Part shown: positions 1 through 15,400 of the stretch, piece by piece
Layout: the number at the start of each line of letters is the position of its first letter
Numbering within the stretch: position 1 is the stretch's first letter
Origin: Amoebophrya sp. A120
Taxonomy: Eukaryota; Protista; Dinoflagellata
NCBI GenBank assembly: GCA_905178155.1
Contig: CAJINV010000001.1
Span: 6,951,794 to 7,015,793 of the forward strand
Direction of reading: 5' to 3'
Length of the DNA: 64,000 nucleotides
Made by a program: the position numbers and the translations under genes
The notes under the pieces: model-generated
What the model was told of the DNA's origin: nothing
Databases searched by the model: none
What the model saw: the letters and a program-made list of their open reading frames with translations, nothing else

Positions 1-816
<816 letters not shown>

Positions 817-1974
817 TTTGAAGGAGGTTTATTTGATGTTCGGGTGAAGACAAAAACTTTGTCTTCGCTACAACGTCGCAGTCGACCGCTCGACCACTAG
901 TACCCAGCTGGTCTGAAGGTCCGCAACCGCGATTCGTCGAGAAAACCGCCACCGATCGCGAAGTGATTTGTTTTTTTTCAAACAGAAACTGAATTCCGTA
1001 TACTACAAAACTGAGTCACTACCTGCGTCCGCAGCGCAAAAGAGATGATCTACTCTGTCTGTAACTAGCCAACGATGTTGCAAATCTAGTCACAGAAAAA
1101 AGTACTATACTCTCCTAGTTTTTCGAACTAAGTGGCCTGCTCTATTTTGTGCGCGAAATTTTTACTTTTGGAATTTTTGCAAAAGAAGTTCGTTCGAAAT
1201 CAAAATCAAAATATCAGAAACAGCATGCAATTTTCTTCTTTACTACACAAAAACTGCTTTCTCTAGTGAATGTACGCGCTTCTTTTATCGTTCTGAGCGG
1301 TATCTGGATCTTTGTAGAGGATCTTGATTGCAGGTAACTTTGAGTCGCTGTACAACTAGAGACGACTTCTAATAAACGGTTTAAGTGTACTGTCAACAAA
1401 TTTTTCGAGCGAGTTTCACTTTCTTCGTGTGGGAAAGGGTTTGCACTGTGCACAGCCTAAGAAGGGGGAAGGCGCAACCAAGACAAACCTGATATTTGTT
1501 GAAGTTCGAACTCGATTTTTGTCGCGAGCAGACTGCTATTCGATCGAGCTGCATGCTCAATGTCTCTCGATTGGATTTGGAACACCAAGAAAAATTTCAG
1601 CTCTATCTTGCTCAAGCGCGTATGCACGATTGCTGTCCCAGTCATTTTGAATGTGCGTATTCTCGAATTTCTCGTGAATCAATTAGTCGGCAAAAAAGAT
1701 CAAAACGCATGCGACTCTGAATAACCACGACGCAAGCCTCATCTCATTTTGCCGCTGAATCGACTGTATTCTCTTTTGTGACAACAACCTCCGCACTCAT
1801 TCTGCTATTATTTACCGTTTTACATCGCGAAGGACTCACTCCGCCAAAAAAGATGAAAGAAGTTCATTTCTAAATCGTCGGTGACGAAAGTGGCTCGACC
1901 ACTTCTTCAACAACTCCAATGCGCATAATGTCCAAGTCTTTGCTGTACTTCTTTTATTTACACCGTCTAAACTA

Positions 1975-4900
1975 TCACATCAATACAGAGAACCGCCAGA
2001 GCAGCCCATACACCAGAAACGCTATCTGGACTAGCAATAGACAGTACCCGAGATAGAGCCCGCAGCTGCAGCAGGAGCAGAATTTCTCGTTTACCACCTT
2101 CCCAAAAGCGTACAGCACGAGAATGATGAGCAACAAAAACTCCATGCTGCGGTCCAGAAAGAAAAGCATGGCACCCGCATCGGGATACGGCTCATAGAAT
2201 TGGTCGAGCAGAAAATTTTCGTCTTCGGTCGCTGTTCTCGTGAAGTGCTCTTTACTTTCTTCAGCCTCGTGGTCTACAGCCGCAGAAGCTCCACCTCCAG
2301 GTTGTTGTACTCCAACCACATTGTCTCCTCGGACGGCTCCTGTTTGCTGGCTTGAACAACCGCGTAGTTGCGCTTCAGTATCCGCCGGCCCTTTTCCGAG
2401 CTGCGGGGTTGACAGCTCCGCTGCGTCCAGCATGTTCTCTTTCCTCTTGCCCGCCTGCTCCTCTGCGGAAGTAGACCCCGCGTCCACGACAGGACTGCAG
2501 GCTGCGTCTCGCTTGTTTTCTGTTGCTGCATTAGCAGCAGATGAACTCGAGCGGCTGAACCCAGACCACGGCATGCTGGGTAATGACAGGCCCCAGACTC
2601 CTGAGCTCGACGGGTTGCCGCGAGTTGCGCCAGCCGTGGTTGCGGCATCAGCATCACCGAGATTCACATCTTTATTCGCTTGTTCGATCTTTGTGCGCAG
2701 GTCTAGGTCCCCCGCGTTACTACTTCCCGTCGGGCAGACCGGCGTCAAGGCAGACCGATCGGCAGCAGGCACGTCAAAGGTGTAGTCCCCGCCCGCCGCA
2801 CTGGCCGCACTGCACCGTGTGTGGGTGCCTGTTCCCGCGCCCGTCGCACCGCTGCCGGCCCGTTGGCGCAGGCCGAACCCCGGGCCACGGCAAGCCACCG
2901 CACTGGAGCACTCCGGGTGCAAGCGGTTGAACAACGCGATCTCGGACATCGTCAACGATTGACTCCCCGAAGGATGCAGGTGGTCGTCCTGATCCCGCAC
3001 GGAGAACAGCAGAAACAAAACCCAGGATAACGGTGGCAACCCCAAGACTTTGCGGTACAGCTGGTGCAGCACTTGCAGCCAGCTCTGCAGCCCGTTCAGC
3101 AGCTGTGCCAATCCGGAACTTTCCTGCGCGTTGGCCTGGTGTCGCAGAAAGAAATCGGCAGAAAACATTTCCTCGTCCCGTAAGTTTTCCACGACAACGC
3201 GACGCAAGCGGCGCAGCAGCCGCGTACTAGTCAGCGGCGTGCCGTCGCGCCGGCTGCTGTGGCTCCCCTGCGCGGGCCGTCCTCCCGCGCGATTCGACAC
3301 GGAATTCCCGCCGGTCGCTGGAACCAGCTGTCCGGCATTCACGAACGCGCCGGCGTAGGGCACCGTGTCCCTGGGCGGCAGCGGCTTACTCCGATTCTTC
3401 ACCCCGGGCAAGGACAACTGCGTTGCCGTCGAGTTCCTCCGGGACAACGTCGGCTGGAGCGGCGGCTGCGCCAGCGCGGAGGAGCTCGGTCGCGGTCCGC
3501 GCGGAAGATGTTGACCGAGCGCTGCGCCGAAGGAGGTGCCATTCCGATTCCGAAACATTAACGCCTGAGGCTGGCTCAGATTCGGCTCGCTCGCTGAAAG
3601 AGCAGACCCGGTGCGGCCGAAGTGCGGCCTTGATGTTACCCCGCTTTCCAGCTGCTCCAGCGAGGCAGCGAGTTGCGGCCCGGTCGACGCGCGCTTCCCA
3701 GACCTGCCGGGGTACTCCTCTAAGCGCGCACCCCCGAGACTCGGCACGCGCCCCTCGCTCAGCGTGCGCACCACCTCCGTCGTATTCGATGTGCTCGTGG
3801 ATTTGCCCATCGACGCTTCCTCCGCGTTCTCCACATCTGCGCTCAACATCTCGCTCTCTTCGCCACTATCAAACATCACCGACTTGGGGCTCGGCCCCAA
3901 CGCCGGCGGCGTTGTGCCGGGAACCTTGAGCGCGCTCTTGGTCAGATCAGATTTCTTCTCGTTCGATAGCAGGTGCGTCTTCCGCGGGTCGTCCGCGCCG
4001 GTGAAAGTCGGAATGCGGCGGGGCTTCCGCACGACTTCCGCGGGTTCCGAGTCCGGACTCCCGCTCGGGTGGGTGGGGGACGTGGGAGCCTGCCGTCCCA
4101 GTGCCGGCCAGACGGCGAAGTCGCGGCTGAAAAAACGCCGCTTCCAGGAAATAATGTCTGCGTACTGGATAAAGTTGGAATTGTAGTAAGGATTCACCCC
4201 TAACAAAACCGTCATCAGACTCTGCGAAAGACTCTGCCGTCCTTGCAGCTGCAGGGAGTCCATGCTGGCGAGCAGCGCGTGTGGCGAGCCATAGTTGTTC
4301 CCCTCGAGGTCCTCCTTTGTTCCCCCGTCGAATTCCGCCTCCAAAATGTGCGGCATCCACACCGCAAAGAAGAGAAGCATGAAGGCAGAGAAAAACGCGA
4401 GCATCTGCAGGCACGCAAAGCACGTAGTCCCCGCCGTGCAGCAAGGGTGCTGGCTTTTCGCACCGTGCGTAGTAATCGGAGAGGAGTCTTGCGGGAGCCC
4501 TCCGGCACGACCCAGCTGATACAGCGACGACGCGGCGGACGAAGCTGCCGAACTAGAGTGGATGAGCGGCGCGACGGCGTCCTCCTTCTCGTCCGAACTC
4601 ATATCTCTGTCCTGCTGGTGGGTATTTCTATTTCGGTCATTCAAAATGAATTTCGTCGGTCCGTTCCCTCTCGTCGGCGTAGCAGTCGTGTCTCGCTTTC
4701 GGGTGCGCCGCGACGGGGTAGCAACAGCCTTCCCTTCTGTAGAGGAGGTTGGACTGCCGTCCCGATTGTCAAAGTTCTCACCGCTTTGCGGCGACCCGCG
4801 TGGACTGTTTGTGGTAAACCGTCCACGGCGCGTTTCCCGTCCCTTAGTGGTCCACCTAGATTGCTTGCGCTCGTCGGTGATTTTTCTCGAGAAACCACGA

Positions 4901-7900
4901 GCGTCGGCTTGACTTATTGCTTCCAACTCCTTCCCCGGACTTTGCTTGCGCAAAATGCCCCTGTCTTCGATGCGAAAAATCAACGCCAAAACGCCGACCG
5001 CAGCAATCAACGACGTGAGCGCGTCGAGGCCGATCGGAATGCAGGTTGGAAGGATCATCACCTTCACATCCGCCTGGGTTTTCTGGCGACCCAGCTCGGC
5101 AAGGAAAGACGCGTCGCCGTGCAGAATCCCCGGCAGGGAAACCACAATCGGGTCGTCGTTTCGATCGTTGCGCAAAAACGCGTCGCGTATGCGCCATCGC
5201 TGCAGCGCAAACCCACAGTGCATCACCGCCAGCAGCATCTGGCTCCACCACCAGACCCGCCGAAGTTGCTCCTGCATCGCATCTTGCTCGCGCCACGCAA
5301 ACCGCGTCATCGTCTTTCTGTGCTTCAGTGTCACCCGTCGCAGCGCAGATTTTGAGGTTGCGCTCTGCGTTTTCCTGTTCCGCCAATTCAGCAGGGAGGC
5401 CCCTCCGTCCTCGGATTGCAATCTCGCTCGCGGCTGGTCGACTAGGCTGTTGGGGATGGAATTCACGCTGAGCGCATTTTCCGGCAGCAAGATCTTATTG
5501 CTTCCTTTCGGTTGTACAACAGAGTGCTTGTCCACCAGCAACCTCGAAGATCCATTCATCACGCCGCTCGACCGCAGGAGCGTGTCCCGCTTGGCCGCCC
5601 ACTGTCTGCGCAACAGCTGGAACTCCGCATCGGCTTTGAAGGAGAGGCTGCGGACCAGAAAGGGCAGGACGAGGAGACCAGTGAGAAACAGGTAGCACAA
5701 AAAGTAAAAGTTTGCTGCGATCGTCCGCGCCACCATCATACTGGAGACGCCGGAGTGGACGCGGGAAATCACCGCTTCCTCCTCCACTTCCGCGCGACAC
5801 GGAAACTCAATGTCCCCGCTTTTCCGCACCCCGTACACCTGGGTCAGCGTGTCCGGGTCCTCGATCGTGTTTTTCCACTGCACCCAGTGGTAAAACGTGT
5901 GCAGCTGGCCGTCCCCCTCGGGGGTCACCAGGCCCCGCGCGAGCACGCGTCCTTCCAAATCTTGCAGGATCAGCGATTTCCCGTCGAACAGCAGCTGCAC
6001 AACGGTTTCGCCGTCGGGCGGTGCGGGGCCGGCCCCGGTCCCCCCTGCGGAATTTTTGTTGCCGAAACGTGCGGACGGGCTGCGAATGACCCCCTTCTGT
6101 AGTTGTACGAGCTCCCCCGAACTGGCACCGACGCTCAACTTTCGCTGCAGCGAGCGGGGCGCGATCGGCGGACCGCCGGAAGCCGGGTGAGTAGGCGTCA
6201 CGGGGAGCGGACTTTCGTTTCTGCGCTCGAAGTCCAGTATGGCGCAACTGAAAACATGGATGTTGCCCTCCGTCGGCTCCGGCGCGCCTCCTAGTGCTTC
6301 ATGCTCTGGAATTGTGTCACTGGGCGATCCGGTGGCAGCTGCAGGAGCACCCGACGGGGCCGTGATTTTGACCTCCGGTGGAGGGAGAGCCTGCTCAACA
6401 CCGCCTTGTTCCGCTGCAGTTGTTGTATTCGCGGCGTCGGCGCTCCCGTTGGGTGCTCCTTGTTCTTCTTCTTCCGCGGCAGGCGTCCTTTCCTCAATGA
6501 TTGGCTCCTTTGCTTCGATTTCCTCGATTGTAAGCAGGATCTCGCGAGGCGCGGCGCTGTCGCCCCCCGGAACGAAACGGTTCGGAGACGTGGGTGCAAA
6601 CGTACCTTCCAGTCCAGTTGGTCCGGTATTTTGATCCCACAGAACGGTTCGACGGAGCAGCATATGCCGATTGAGATCTTGGTTGACCAAGTTGTAGTTG
6701 CTGAGGTCCCGCGCACTGTCCTCCTTCGTGTACCGATTTACCAACGACGCAGTAGGAACTAAGAACTCGTGCACTTTCTGGTACGAACTCAGCCGTCGCT
6801 CGCGCATCAGCTGTCCCTTCTCCCTTTCTGCATGCTGCTGGTGCGCCGCGTGGCCAGCAGTTGCTGCCGTCCCTTGATGTTGCTCTCCCGCATCCAGGAA
6901 AGCCCGCGCCGGCCGCGCATGCGCATTCGTCACGCTCGTGCCGCCGCCTGGACCGCCCACCCCGCCAACGTACACCGCAGGCGCGCGGCGCATGTCCCCA
7001 CCATACACAGGTTCTTCCACCTTCTTCCGATCCTTGTGCACCGCAATGGGACGACTGGTTGAGGAAGAGCGCAGCCAGGGCGGGAGATTCCGTAACAGCA
7101 AAAACTGGCCGCCTCCGTGACGCGAACCGCGCTCCGCATTCGCGAACTGGCCCCAGGCCAGGATGCGCCAGAAGAACTTACTGTTGCTCTCCGTGTCGCC
7201 CAGCGAGGATTTCAAAACCGGCTGTAATTTGATGGCGTCCACCGCGTCCGTCACCTGCTGCACGAGCCTCTCGTAGGGATCTTGCGCCCGGGGCGTGACG
7301 TGGAGATAGGAAGACGCCACACTGCTGTCGATGCGCAAGCCGGACTTTCTGCGGTTTTCCCGCCCGAAGTTGTTCCGGACGCTCCGCCCGCCGCCGCCGC
7401 GCAGACTACCGAGCGACAACGCAGGTCCCATCGGCGGCTCTTCCGCTAGGCGTAGGCTCTGCTCGAAGGCCGGTTTCGCGTCCCACCTGCCCCACATTCC
7501 GTCCTGCACGCCGTAGAAAGTAATCCTGTCTTCCAGCAACACTGTCAGACACCAGTTGGGCGCGAACGTCGGAAGGCAGGCCGCGATACCGAAAAGAAAA
7601 ATCGCTCCGGTGCCAACAAAAAGTAGGAGTTCGACTGTCGCAGGGAGTGTGTGAAACCTGGTTGCTGCCGGGGTTTTGATGTTTCCTTGAGTTGTAGTAC
7701 TGCGTTGGGCCAAGGCTGCGGAACTCCCTGAAGCTGAGCCGAGTTGTCGTTTTTCCCGATTGGATGCGGTGTAGTTTCGGCTTCTCATATTGCCAGCGGC
7801 TGACATCTTTTTGTCAGGCGTAGCAGCAAGATCAAGCTCTCTACCGAGGGGGTCCCGCTGCGCGGGTACCTTAACATTGTTTTTGTCAGCACACGTCACA

Positions 7901-10900
7901 CGACTGGCATCGCTTCCCTTTCGTGCGCGGCGGTCCTCCTCCTGATGCTCCTTATCGCTTGTTATCCCGTCCACGTCCGCAAACGCCGATTGGGTATTCA
8001 TCATTTTCTCCTTTCGATGGCTGCGCCGGCGACAGACTCGCACGAAGAAGATGGTGAGAAACAAAATGCAGAAGGTGACGCAGAAGACTTGAAAGATATC
8101 CAGCATGCTTTCTCGCTCGAGCAGTGTCCGCAGCACTTCGGAGGCACCCTGCAGCCCTCGGCCGCAGGTCATGACGGTGGCGAGACAGAGCAGCAATCCG
8201 CAAACGAAAAACCGAATCTTCCCGAGGCCCGAGCGGTGCTGCCCAAAGTTTGACGACTGGGAGGACCCAGCAGAGGACGTGGCACTCGGCAGAAAGAACA
8301 GGTTCCCGCGCTGCTGTCGTTCGGCGTAGAACTCGGCACGGATGATCTGGGACCCGACCGAGCCGGATAGCACCGCGCAGGTGAGGATAAAAACACACCC
8401 ATGCACGGCGCCGATTTCGCGAAAGAGCTCCTCCACGCCGCTCTCCTCCAGCAGATCGAATGCATTCGCGCAGTCGCACAAACCGTGCCCGAAGCAGAAC
8501 GAAACGAGCAGGATCAAGCACAGGGTGCCATTCATCGCGCCCTTGTTCTTCACCTGCTCAACCTCCCGCTCCCACAGCCTCCGCTGCAGAAACTGGTCCG
8601 TAGATCGCTCGAAGGCCACCACGCTCCGGGCGCGCACAGAATCTTCCCGCCCCCGGGGCCGCTGTCCGGTCACGCTCTCCTGCACGGTCGAGAGTTTATC
8701 CCGCGACCACGTGGGCGGCTGCTGGAGTTGCGAGCGCTCGTACTCGTAAGGCGCGACATCGTCCGCGAGGGCTGCGACATCCGACTGGCGCAGAGAAGTA
8801 GAATGGTCCTGCTGACGCGGCTGCTGCTGGAACATGACACTAGATGTACTTGCGGCGCCCGGTCGGGCCCGCAGCTCATTTGGTGCAACCGGTTCCCTCA
8901 CGGTCTGGTCCGCACCGGACGGGGCGAAGTTATTCTGCTCCCCCCGTCTCCGCCTCGTGTTTCGCGCCGTCAACGTCGAAGACCCGACACTGCGCTGGCT
9001 GCGCTCCCCACGCGCTATTCGAAAATTATAGGGCGCCTCCGATGTAGCTGCCCCGCTGGTTGTGTCGACCTCCGGAGGCAGGGCATGAGGCGCGGCTGCA
9101 ACACCTCGCTGTTGGTGTTGATCTGTGTGCATTACAGAGCGAACTTTCATATGCGTACCTTGTTGTGGACCGCTGCCCCGCATGGCGGACATCCGGAGGT
9201 TCGGGTCGTCTCCGCTCAAAAGAAACTCGCTGGTCTTGTAATTCATCCCACCAGCAGGCTGCTGATGTCTATTCCCGGATAGGACGGTGGTACTGTCCTT
9301 TCTGTACATCTGCCTGCTCCGATTTTGTTGACCGCTCTTCCCGGACATGCTCAGCGCATACTTGCTGTTGGATTCCGCACTGCGCTGCCCGCCGCGAGAC
9401 CCTTGATGCTCCTGCATCCGTCCACTGTCGAGCGCACTCTGCCCGCTTCGCTTCGAGTTGGTGCGACTCTGCGGCTGAGCCTTGTTGCTCGCGGGCATCG
9501 GATCCTCGTCTTCGCTACTGCTAGAGGACAACTTTCGCCCGACTGGATACTTGTCCGGGGAGTAGTCGAGAGGCGGAATGCGCTTCTGCGCGGCTTGTGC
9601 TGCCGAAGGTGCGCCTTGATAGCTGCGCGCGGACATGGGACCTAGCACCGGCTCGGAGGCGCGAGGAGACCTCGATTTTTATTTGTGAAGAAATTGTTCA
9701 ATAATGACCTTCAAAAGATGATTCGTCTCACCTTCGCAAACACAGTGTACAGTCTGCATCTTCTTCGACCGACTTCACGTGAACTGACAAAGTACCTCTG
9801 CGGGTAAAACGAATGCGGTGGAAGCGGCGGCCCTTGCTGTGGGAAGAAGCCGGGATGGTGCGAGGGCGGCATGTGCGGGTGGGACGAGACCATGGGCGGC
9901 GGCGGATAATTGTAATAGTGGCTCATCATGGTCCCGGGATGCTGCATAAAATGGTGCCCCATCATGCTGGCCTCCATAACCGCCGGATGTTGCATGGGGG
10001 GTCGTTGCGCCGAAGGATGGGGCGGAGGGCCGCGGGGCATGTACTGCGGCGGCAAACCGGTTGTACTCCCGCTGTGACCGCACATATAGCTTGAGGAGGT
10101 CCCGACCGCTGGCTGGTGACCGGTGCGCTGACTCTGGTCGACAAACCGTCCGCTCCTGCCGTCCAGATTTCGATCGGATGCTAGACTTCTCTTGGATGAT
10201 AGACTGGCGTTTTGATTTTGATTTACTGGCCTTCTCTTGCTGCGGAATTGCGATGCCCTGTGCTGCTCCGCCGCGTCTTGCCGAAAAGTAGCGTGTCCGT
10301 GGTCCAACATGTTGTCATCAGTAATCACGTCATTGCTTTCAGGTTTCTTTCTCTTCGTACGCATGTTGGTACCTCCGCGGCGCTGTACTTTGCTGTTATC
10401 TGATGTCTCGCTGTCATCCACTGTCCTTCTTCTTGCGATCTCTGGCTGCGGCGAATGTCTCAAACCCCTCACTATACTCGAGCTCGCTGAGGTACCAGCA
10501 ACTACACCGCGACGCAGTGCGTCAGCTTCCTGCTCCTGCTCGCCGTCAGTACTTAGCATGCCGGTATCTTGGTCGCCCCCTCCTCGCGGCACAGCTGCCA
10601 GAAATTCATCTGCAACTACGATGTTCTCCCCCTCTACTTGCTCCTGCTCTTCTCCGTGTCCATCGTCCAGGATCGCGGGATCCGCGCCATTTCGGTAGGA
10701 TTTGTTCCGTGTCTCGGTTCTCCCACCTCTTGATGCAATTTTCACCCGCGGAGAAAGCATCCGTTGCCTTCGCGATGGCTTTCTTTCTGAGGCAACAGAA
10801 TGAAGATCCCCTTTGGTCGAAGACGAACCGGCGGCAGCCACCGCTAATATTTTGCCTTCACTACTTTTTCCGGAAGGATTCGTAGCTGCGCGCTCCTGTG

Positions 10901-11531
10901 GTTGACTGACAGGCTTTGGATTTTCGGTTGTACCCGGGTTAGTATCTCCCTCTGCGGCCACTGCCGGAACGAATCCGAACACACCGGCCTGAACGACCGA
11001 GCCGGAGCCGGTTTTGTGACGCGCAAGATGTCCGTGATTTCTCGAACTGCTGCCACCTGAATTTTCCTCGAGCAACTCAAGCACCCCTCCTCTTTCCTCG
11101 TTCGGCGAACAGCTCTTCTGTGGCTTCGCCGCGGCGCGCGGCTCTGCGCGACTGCACCGCCCGGAAGCGGGCGCGGTGCGGTGCTGCGAAGCGGTTTCAC
11201 TTTTGCAGATGGTCTTCGCCTTTGTTCCCTTTGGCCTGTGCTTCTGGTTCATCTGGTCCTCCGCGTCTTTACCAGTAGCACTGGAGGTTGTTCCTGCGGC
11301 CACAACGGTTAGATCTCCCGCCAAATTGTCATCCTCACAAGACACAAACCGCTGGCTGCGGGCGAGCCGACGCGCCGTGGTACTGTCTCCGTACGAGCCG
11401 CTTCCCGCCCCACCGTAGCCCCCGCTACCCGATCGCAACTCCAGCACACGTGGGGACGCAGGCAAGGGCAGCAAACCGCCACTGAACGACGAGGATCCGC
11501 TTTCATGCCTCGACGGCTCGTCACCCGGCAT
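1975..11531 (-). CDS. Large hypothetical multi-pass membrane protein (~3143 aa), low-complexity; exons 11531-9796 and 9670-1975
   Basis: ORFs 9711..11531 and 1975..9648 join in frame across a GT-AG intron at 9795-9671 (YPQR|SPRASEPVLGPM). Several hydrophobic segments; no recognisable domain. Confidence 0.75.
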
Positions 11532-12434
11532 TGCTTCAAGAGAAAGCCTTGATACGTGGAACGTTCCCCCCGAAGACTGACGACCTCAGATAACCACGAC
11601 AACAGTCGCTCGTGCAGCTTCCTACCGCCACACACCTTTTCAAAGCCGCCGGAGGATTGGAATAACACACAAGAATGCACAAAAGGAAAAGAACCACAAA
11701 AAGGCAAAAAGTAGCAAGTTGCAGAGACATTTAGAGCACAAACAAAAAAAAACGACTTATTTCAAGAGATAAATTATTGAAATTCCAGCTGAACACATGC
11801 GGCTAGTGCTCTTTCGATAAACCAAGGACCAAGTAGTAGCTGTAGTTTCAGTGATGATATTTTACATGAAAATCGTACAAAGGTGTTTTACACAGTTACG
11901 GTTCGTCAGCTTGGACACTCAAGTGATCCTACATGAATTTCCTCACTTTCGCCGAAAGTTTTCTTCTCGCCACTGGGCGACGTGGCGATATCTTACAGTG
12001 AATCAGCTGTGTTAATGGAAATTGCAATAAGTAAATTCTACAATATCTTTCAAAAAAATCTACTTTATATCCAAGCAACCCGTCATCGTAATAATTGCAA
12101 CGGGTACGGGAAAATAAAAATATACACAACAAACCAAATAAACTTGTGAATATGCGAGTCCAGTAGTAGTCGCAGACGCTGCAAAAAATAGCAGCTGCCA
12201 AAAAACAGTTTCAGTTTTAGAGGTCCACTTCTCGGTTGCAACAGTCGACTACGTCGCGTCTTTCTCTTATTCAAGGCCGCAGTAAAAGCTTCCCCGAGAA
12301 AGGTATTTATGCGGAACAATCCGAATCATCGCCATGATCATCACGCACAAAGAAAAAGGTGTATTTATGCAGTGGTCCGGTTCGTTCTCATTACATCGGA
12401 AACAGTTCTTTGACCACGCTCTCTATTTCTACGT

Positions 12435-15400
12435 CTATTGCGTCTTAGGCTTTTTGTTGTTCTTGTTCCGTTCTCCGCAACCGAAGATCGAAGATAGAAG
12501 CCCTCTTTTTCTCTTGCATTTGCGGTTCTGCTGCTCGTCATGTTGTATTCGAGCGACCACAGTTTCGATCTTCCGTGCCACCGCATTGAAATCTATTTTC
12601 TTTTCTGGCCGAGAAGACGTGAAACGAATTGGAGCTGCTTGATTTTTCACCCACGCACTCAGCGTTCGAATGCGGTGTGCGCAAAGGCGGAGTACGTTTT
12701 TGTCTGTGTCGATACCGTCCCGGATTCGCTCCGTCCTCTTCAGCTGGGAAGTCGCTTCGTCCTCGCAGCTGGTTGCCAAAGCGCGCAGAAGCTGGTCGAC
12801 GACCAGCCGTGCACCACGCTCCATGTCCGAGGTGAGACTCTCCACGTCGATGTCGTCCGGGTTTATCCAATTTTCCGTGCCCTTGATAATATCCATGAAG
12901 CGGTTCACCCAGGATCTCATGCTGCGTCCGTTTTTCGCACTCTCCTCCATGACAGTATACCATCGCGGTCGCTCTGCGGGTTGCTCGCGCATGAATACTT
13001 CTGCGATTTGCAGCAACGGTCTTGCGACAATTTGCTTGGTGCCTTGCGGCGCCTTCTCCAGGATGGAGATGATCTGGCGCACGAGGGGCTGCGAAAAATC
13101 GATCACGTCACGGCCAGTCCCTCTTGCTGCAGCACGACGGTTATACCTGTTTGTACTAAGTGCGCCAAAGAAAAGCGTCTGCGGAATTTTCATCAAGGTT
13201 TGCCCTAGATGTCCTAGGATTTCAAACTTCGTCCCAGCGGCTGTCCCTTCGGGGTACAAGGTCGCTCCGGATGCTGCTGCTGACAGAACGCCGCTCCCGC
13301 CAGCTGAGATCTGTGGTGTTCTAAGCGCTTGGGCTGCTCCCAAGGTGCCAAGATGCAGGATGATGGAAGTAATGCGCTCGTCCAGAGGTACGAATAAGTG
13401 CTCCAAAACACCCGAAACGTACAGGTCTGGGCGCATGTACTGTTTCTGTGCGCCGAGGATGCGGTTTCCACCCGGGGACGCCCGCTCCATCAAAGAAAGG
13501 ACTTTCTCGGCTAAATCCATACCGAGCTTAGGATGCGGGGCGCTCCGCTCCCTGTCGAGGTGGAGAACGCTGCAAAACTGATACGGGCCGTAGAACAGGA
13601 ATAAGGCGGATCTCCAGAAATTCAGGTCGGGGTCCCTGATCGCGTAATTCGGCGCCTGCAGCATACTGCTGCTCTCATAAAATGCAACCAGCCCAGCTTC
13701 TACAGGAACGCACCGGGCCAATGCTTCTTCGTGCGTGTCTACTGGCCCGTAAGGCTGCAGCAACTGCAAATCAGTCTCGTACTCTCGATAACGTCTCGTG
13801 CGCGCTTCTTCAAACGGTCCTGGTCCTCCTCTGTCTGTAACATGTGCTGTCAACAGGTCTTTCTCCAGGTTTGCGACGTACTTAATCGTCGCCAGCACCC
13901 GCCAGATCGCAGCTCGGACCTGCGCTTCAACACCATTGTCAATATTCAGGCGCGGAACTATGTGCGGCGCCCCCTCTCTGCCGCTGAGGTACCTGGACGT
14001 CTCCAGCCTGGGTCGTACCAGGACGTGCAGCAAGCGCTGCTGGAGGATGAAGCGAACCGACTTCAGCATGCTGAGCGTGAGCTCCGCTTTAATTTCACGA
14101 GGAGCAGCCTTGCCACCGCCGCTTTCGCCCGGTGCCGATTCCGGTGCGGTTGCTTCGGAACGTTCTGCACCGAGAGGAGGAGCCCTCTGCACCAGAGGAG
14201 CAGCCTTGCCAACAGCCAGCTTTAGAAACCGATTTAGCACCTTCTGCAAGGTCTTCGGGTTCGTCACGTGAACTGCCACCACGGTCGTCAGCAGATCTTG
14301 GTACCGGGCGAAAAGGCTCGATTTCGTGGCGTTGAGGAAGTACAACTCATTTTTCTCTGGCAACTCGAGAACGGATTGCAGCACTGCTTGGTACACTCTT
14401 TTGCCTTCCTCAAACGGACCTTCTGAGTCCCTCGCAGACTCAGAGGCGGCAGCCCCGCCTGAAGCTAGTGCATCGATCGCGCGCTCCTCTGCCCCGAAGC
14501 CAAACAGCAGGAGTGCTTCTAGCTTGTGAAGTACCCAGAACGAAAACCAACCAATAGGTCGCCTCTTTAAGTCTGGCTCGGTTACACTTAGCTCTAGGCT
14601 AGCAGCCGCGGAAAAGTCCCCAAGGTGGAACGCATGGATTTCTCGAGACATACCATTGTACAAACTTGCCGGCAAATTGTTATCCACCAAGAACATCTCC
14701 ATCGCCTCGAATTCCGCTTGGGTTTTCAGGTAGTGAGTCATAGCCTCCGCAACCCGTCCGCGCAGGGCCACAGGGAGGTCGCGCAACCAGAGACGCGGCG
14801 GCGGCGCACGCACATAACCCGTGGTCGACTGCTCCACGACCCCCATTTGTTCCCCTGCCGCAACCGGATCCACATGAACCACAAACGATAGCAGGAGGTG
14901 AAGGGAACGCAGAACGTCCTCCATCCCAGCCGTTTTCTCCGCCCTCGTAAGCAAATGCCACTTATTATTCCCCTCCCCGAGACGCCTATCGATTAGGTCA
15001 CGCATTTGGTTGTCCCGATTCCTCCTGGCTTCGTCTAGCTCTTCTAGTAAAATCTCAATTCTGCTCTTATTCTGGAAAGCCTGCTGCCTTTCATCGGAGC
15101 CCGGCTTTAACACATTCCAAACAAGAGGGTCGTAGAAATTTCCGGCACCAACTCCTTCAGGGAACCCGACACGTTTCCACTCCTGCAGCTGCGCGCGCAG
15201 CGTTTCGCGCAGGCCGCGCTTCCCGAGGCCCCGCGCCACACTTCCAAACGCAAGGGTCCCGTCCGATCCCTTTCCCAGGTACTCGGCGATGTCGCGCTCA
15301 CCTTCAACAAAAAGTCCCAAAGCATCGGCCCGGATCCTTGCTTGGGCCGCTTCCGCCGTTTCGCTGCTTGCAGAGGAATCTGCAGCAACTGAGCTACCAC

